Assembly: GCA_029856155.1 (NCBI GenBank)
Contig: JAHQWL010000063.1
Location: forward strand, 1 to 29,519
DNA: 29,519 bases
Reading direction: 5' to 3'
Source of the DNA: Promethearchaeia archaeon
GTDB lineage: Archaea > Asgardarchaeota > Lokiarchaeia > Sigyniarchaeales > SOKP01
In this document: positions 27,322 to 29,519 of the stretch, one piece after another
How the letters are laid out: each line of letters starts with the position of its first letter
Numbering within the stretch: position 1 is the first letter of the stretch
Notes under the pieces: model-generated
The model's database searches: none
What the model was told of the DNA's origin: nothing
The model's input: only the letters and a program-made list of their open reading frames with translations
Position numbers and translations under genes: made by a program

Positions 27322-28944
27322 ATGAGTGATTTATTTCTTGGATTAGATTGCTCAACTCAAAGTTTGACGGGTATTATAGTTGATTTTAATTTAAAAAAAG
27401 TAGTATATAGGAATAGTATCAACTTTGATGAAGAATTATCCCATTATAATACACATAATGGAGCGATAATCTTAGATAATGAAAAAGTCGTTCATTCATA
27501 TCCCCTTATGTGGGTAGAGGCTCTAGAATTACTGTTTGAAAAAATGCAGAATAATAAGAGAGCTCTTTTTGAAATTAAAGCCATTTCTGGTTCAGGACAA
27601 CAACATGGAACAGTATATTTAAATAGTGATTTTATAAAAACCCTTAAGCGATTAGATGCTGATAAAACATTAGTATCTCAATTAAAGAACTCATTTTCTC
27701 GTCCAACAAGTCCTATATGGATGGATTCGAGTACTACTAAACAATGTGAAGAAATTCGCAAAAAATTAGGGGGATTAAAATCTACGATAAATTTATTGGG
27801 TTCGAATACCATTGAACGCTTTTCTGGGCCTCAAATTCGAAAATTTTTTCAACAGTATCCTTTATTATACGAGAAAACCTTAATTATTCACCTAGTCAGC
27901 TCTTTTATGGCTTCAATATTGTTAGGAAAAAATGCTCCCATCGATCATGGTGATGGTGCTGGAATGAATTTAATGAATATAAAAACTAAACAATGGGATG
28001 AGCGAGCTTTAGAAGCAACCGCACCTAATTTAAGAGAAAAATTACCTCCACTTTCACAGCCATATACTGTAATTGGAAACATCTCTTCATTTTTTGTAAA
28101 GAAATTTGGATTTAATCCAAATACTAATCTGATAGCTTGGTCAGGAGATAATCCGAATAGTCTTATTGGTGTTGGCCTAATTAAAAAAGGAAAAGTTGCC
28201 ATAAGTCTTGGAACAAGCGATACATATTTTAGCTATTTACAAGATCTATATCTTGATCTTAAAGGAGAAGGTCATGTATTTGGGGCTCCGACAGGAGATT
28301 ATATGAGTTTAATTTGCTATAAAAATGGTTCTTTGGCAAGAGAGAAAATTAAAGACAAATTTCATCTTAACTGGGAGCAGTTTTCTCAGATTTTGAAAAA
28401 TTCACCTCCAGGGAATAACGGAAAGTTGATGTTACCTTACTTTTTTCCTGAAATAGTCCCACAAGTATTACAACCAAAAGTATATTGCTTTGGTTTTGAT
28501 GAAGATGATTTAGAAGGGAATGTAAGAGGCATTATTGAAGCCCAATTCTTGTCTATGAGACTTCATTCAAAATGGATTGGAGAAAAACCCAAAGAAATCT
28601 ACGCAACAGGGGGTGCTTCTGCAAATAAAGATATTCTTCAAGTTTTAGCTAATATTTTCAAAACTAAAGTACGTGCTTTTGAATTTGCTGATTCAGCTGC
28701 ATTAGGTGCAGCTTTAAGGGCTACAAAATCTTATTATGATTCTAAAAATATGATAAAAGGTTGGGAAGATATTATAAACAAATTTATAGATTTCCAACGA
28801 AGTATTGTTATTGTTCCAAATGAGAAATATTTCCAATTATACGATGATATGCTTGAGCTTTATAAAAAATATGAACAATACATTTTGAATAATAGACAAG
28901 ATCCTGAAATTGCTCGTTTAGATTTTGTTAAAAATTATTTTTAA
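27322..28944 (+). CDS. xylB: FGGY carbohydrate kinase, eukaryote-type D-xylulokinase
   Basis: LGLDCSTQS, SGSGQQHG, PIWMDSST, ERFSGPQIRK, LVSSF, GMNL, GDNP, SLGTSDT, CYKNGSLARE, TGGASAN. Confidence 0.88.
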   Translation: MSDLFLGLDCSTQSLTGIIVDFNLKKVVYRNSINFDEELSHYNTHNGAIILDNEKVVHSYPLMWVEALELLFEKMQNNKRALFEIKAISGSGQQHGTVYLNSDFIKTLKRLDADKTLVSQLKNSFSRPTSPIWMDSSTTKQCEEIRKKLGGLKSTINLLGSNTIERFSGPQIRKFFQQYPLLYEKTLIIHLVSSFMASILLGKNAPIDHGDGAGMNLMNIKTKQWDERALEATAPNLREKLPPLSQPYTVIGNISSFFVKKFGFNPNTNLIAWSGDNPNSLIGVGLIKKGKVAISLGTSDTYFSYLQDLYLDLKGEGHVFGAPTGDYMSLICYKNGSLAREKIKDKFHLNWEQFSQILKNSPPGNNGKLMLPYFFPEIVPQVLQPKVYCFGFDEDDLEGNVRGIIEAQFLSMRLHSKWIGEKPKEIYATGGASANKDILQVLANIFKTKVRAFEFADSAALGAALRATKSYYDSKNMIKGWEDIINKFIDFQRSIVIVPNEKYFQLYDDMLELYKKYEQYILNNRQDPEIARLDFVKNYF

Positions 28945-29023
28945 CTTAATAATTTGAACTTATAATGAATAATTAATAACGAAAATTTTATGGTATAAGA
29001 AATTAATTCAAAGAGGAAAATAA

Positions 29024-29519
29024 TTGAAAATAATAAATAATGGAATAATTAAAGATTCTTATGACGTAGTGGTTGTAGGTGCGGGTATCGGCGGTATTAC
29101 CGCTGGAGCATTACTCGCTAATAGAGGATTAAACGTCCTAGTGGTAGAACAACATTATATTCCCGGAGGGGTTTGTTCATCCGTAAAACGCAAGGGATTT
29201 GCAATGGATGCTGGCGCAGCAATGTTATTTGGATGGGGTAAAGGGCCATCTCCACATCGTTTCGTTATGAATGAGATAGAAGAAGAAATTGACATGATCC
29301 CCCATGATTGCTACTATAGAATGCATTTTGGGGATACTTCTGTTACGTTTTGGAAGGATTTCGATCGATTTTTTAAGGAATTATGTGCCGCTTTTCCAGG
29401 AAAAGAAGAACAATTAAAAGGATTCTATGATCATACTCGTAAAATTTACGATGACTTGATGAAATCACCAATGCCGATGTCTCCTGACACAATGCCACTT
29501 AAATTGGCATTAAAAATGT
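29024..29519 (+). CDS. Phytoene desaturase/CrtH-like FAD oxidoreductase (COG1233), runs off the window end
   Basis: TTG 29024 after AGAGGA. Translates …YDVVVVGAGIGGITAGALLANRGLNVLVVEQHYIPGGVCSSVKRKGFAMDAGA…; absent from the ORF track. Confidence 0.87.
   Translation, partial: MKIINNGIIKDSYDVVVVGAGIGGITAGALLANRGLNVLVVEQHYIPGGVCSSVKRKGFAMDAGAAMLFGWGKGPSPHRFVMNEIEEEIDMIPHDCYYRMHFGDTSVTFWKDFDRFFKELCAAFPGKEEQLKGFYDHTRKIYDDLMKSPMPMSPDTMPLKLALKM

Noticed and set aside
411-28202. Short antisense or nested track ORFs (411-596, 4347-4535, 4397-4759, 8021-8209, 9933-10310, 15930-16142, 17046-17234, 18346-18555, 22235-22525, 22979-23290, 23807-24163, 24594-24857, 27945-28202)
   Set aside because: All are shadows of better-supported genes on the opposite strand.
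1-29519. CRISPR arrays, tRNA/rRNA genes, transposases, integrases
   Set aside because: No regularly spaced repeats, cloverleaf or rRNA-like GC-rich segments, or recombinase motifs were seen.

Overview
A very AT-rich, gene-dense archaeal window, most likely from Lokiarchaeia (Asgard archaea). The assignment is inferred from ribosomal S30e, a NOG1 GTPase, methanofuran genes mfnE/mfnF, and a selenocysteine-containing selenophosphate synthetase followed by a eukaryote-type SECIS. Highlights: (1) selD/SPS is 51 codons longer than the ORF track shows, reading through an in-frame UGA in a GUSCK motif, with an AUGA/GA kink-turn SECIS in its 3' UTR. (2) A 990-aa protein has an adaptin/coatomer-like layout: HEAT trunk, coiled coil, PCI-like winged helix and appendage-like beta-sandwich. 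(3) A MIT-like + zinc-ribbon protein has a nearby 52-aa zinc-ribbon ORF, missed by the track, with the same LxCFACG signature; TPR/helical scaffold genes lie close by. (4) Eukaryote-type xylulokinase and type II pantothenate kinase. (5) A patch of fused gene fragments at ~11.9-12.4 kb, a TetR gene with two palindromic operators, a ~103-bp direct repeat flanking a methyltransferase, and a GC-rich nested hairpin. All calls come from reading motifs by eye; no searches were run.
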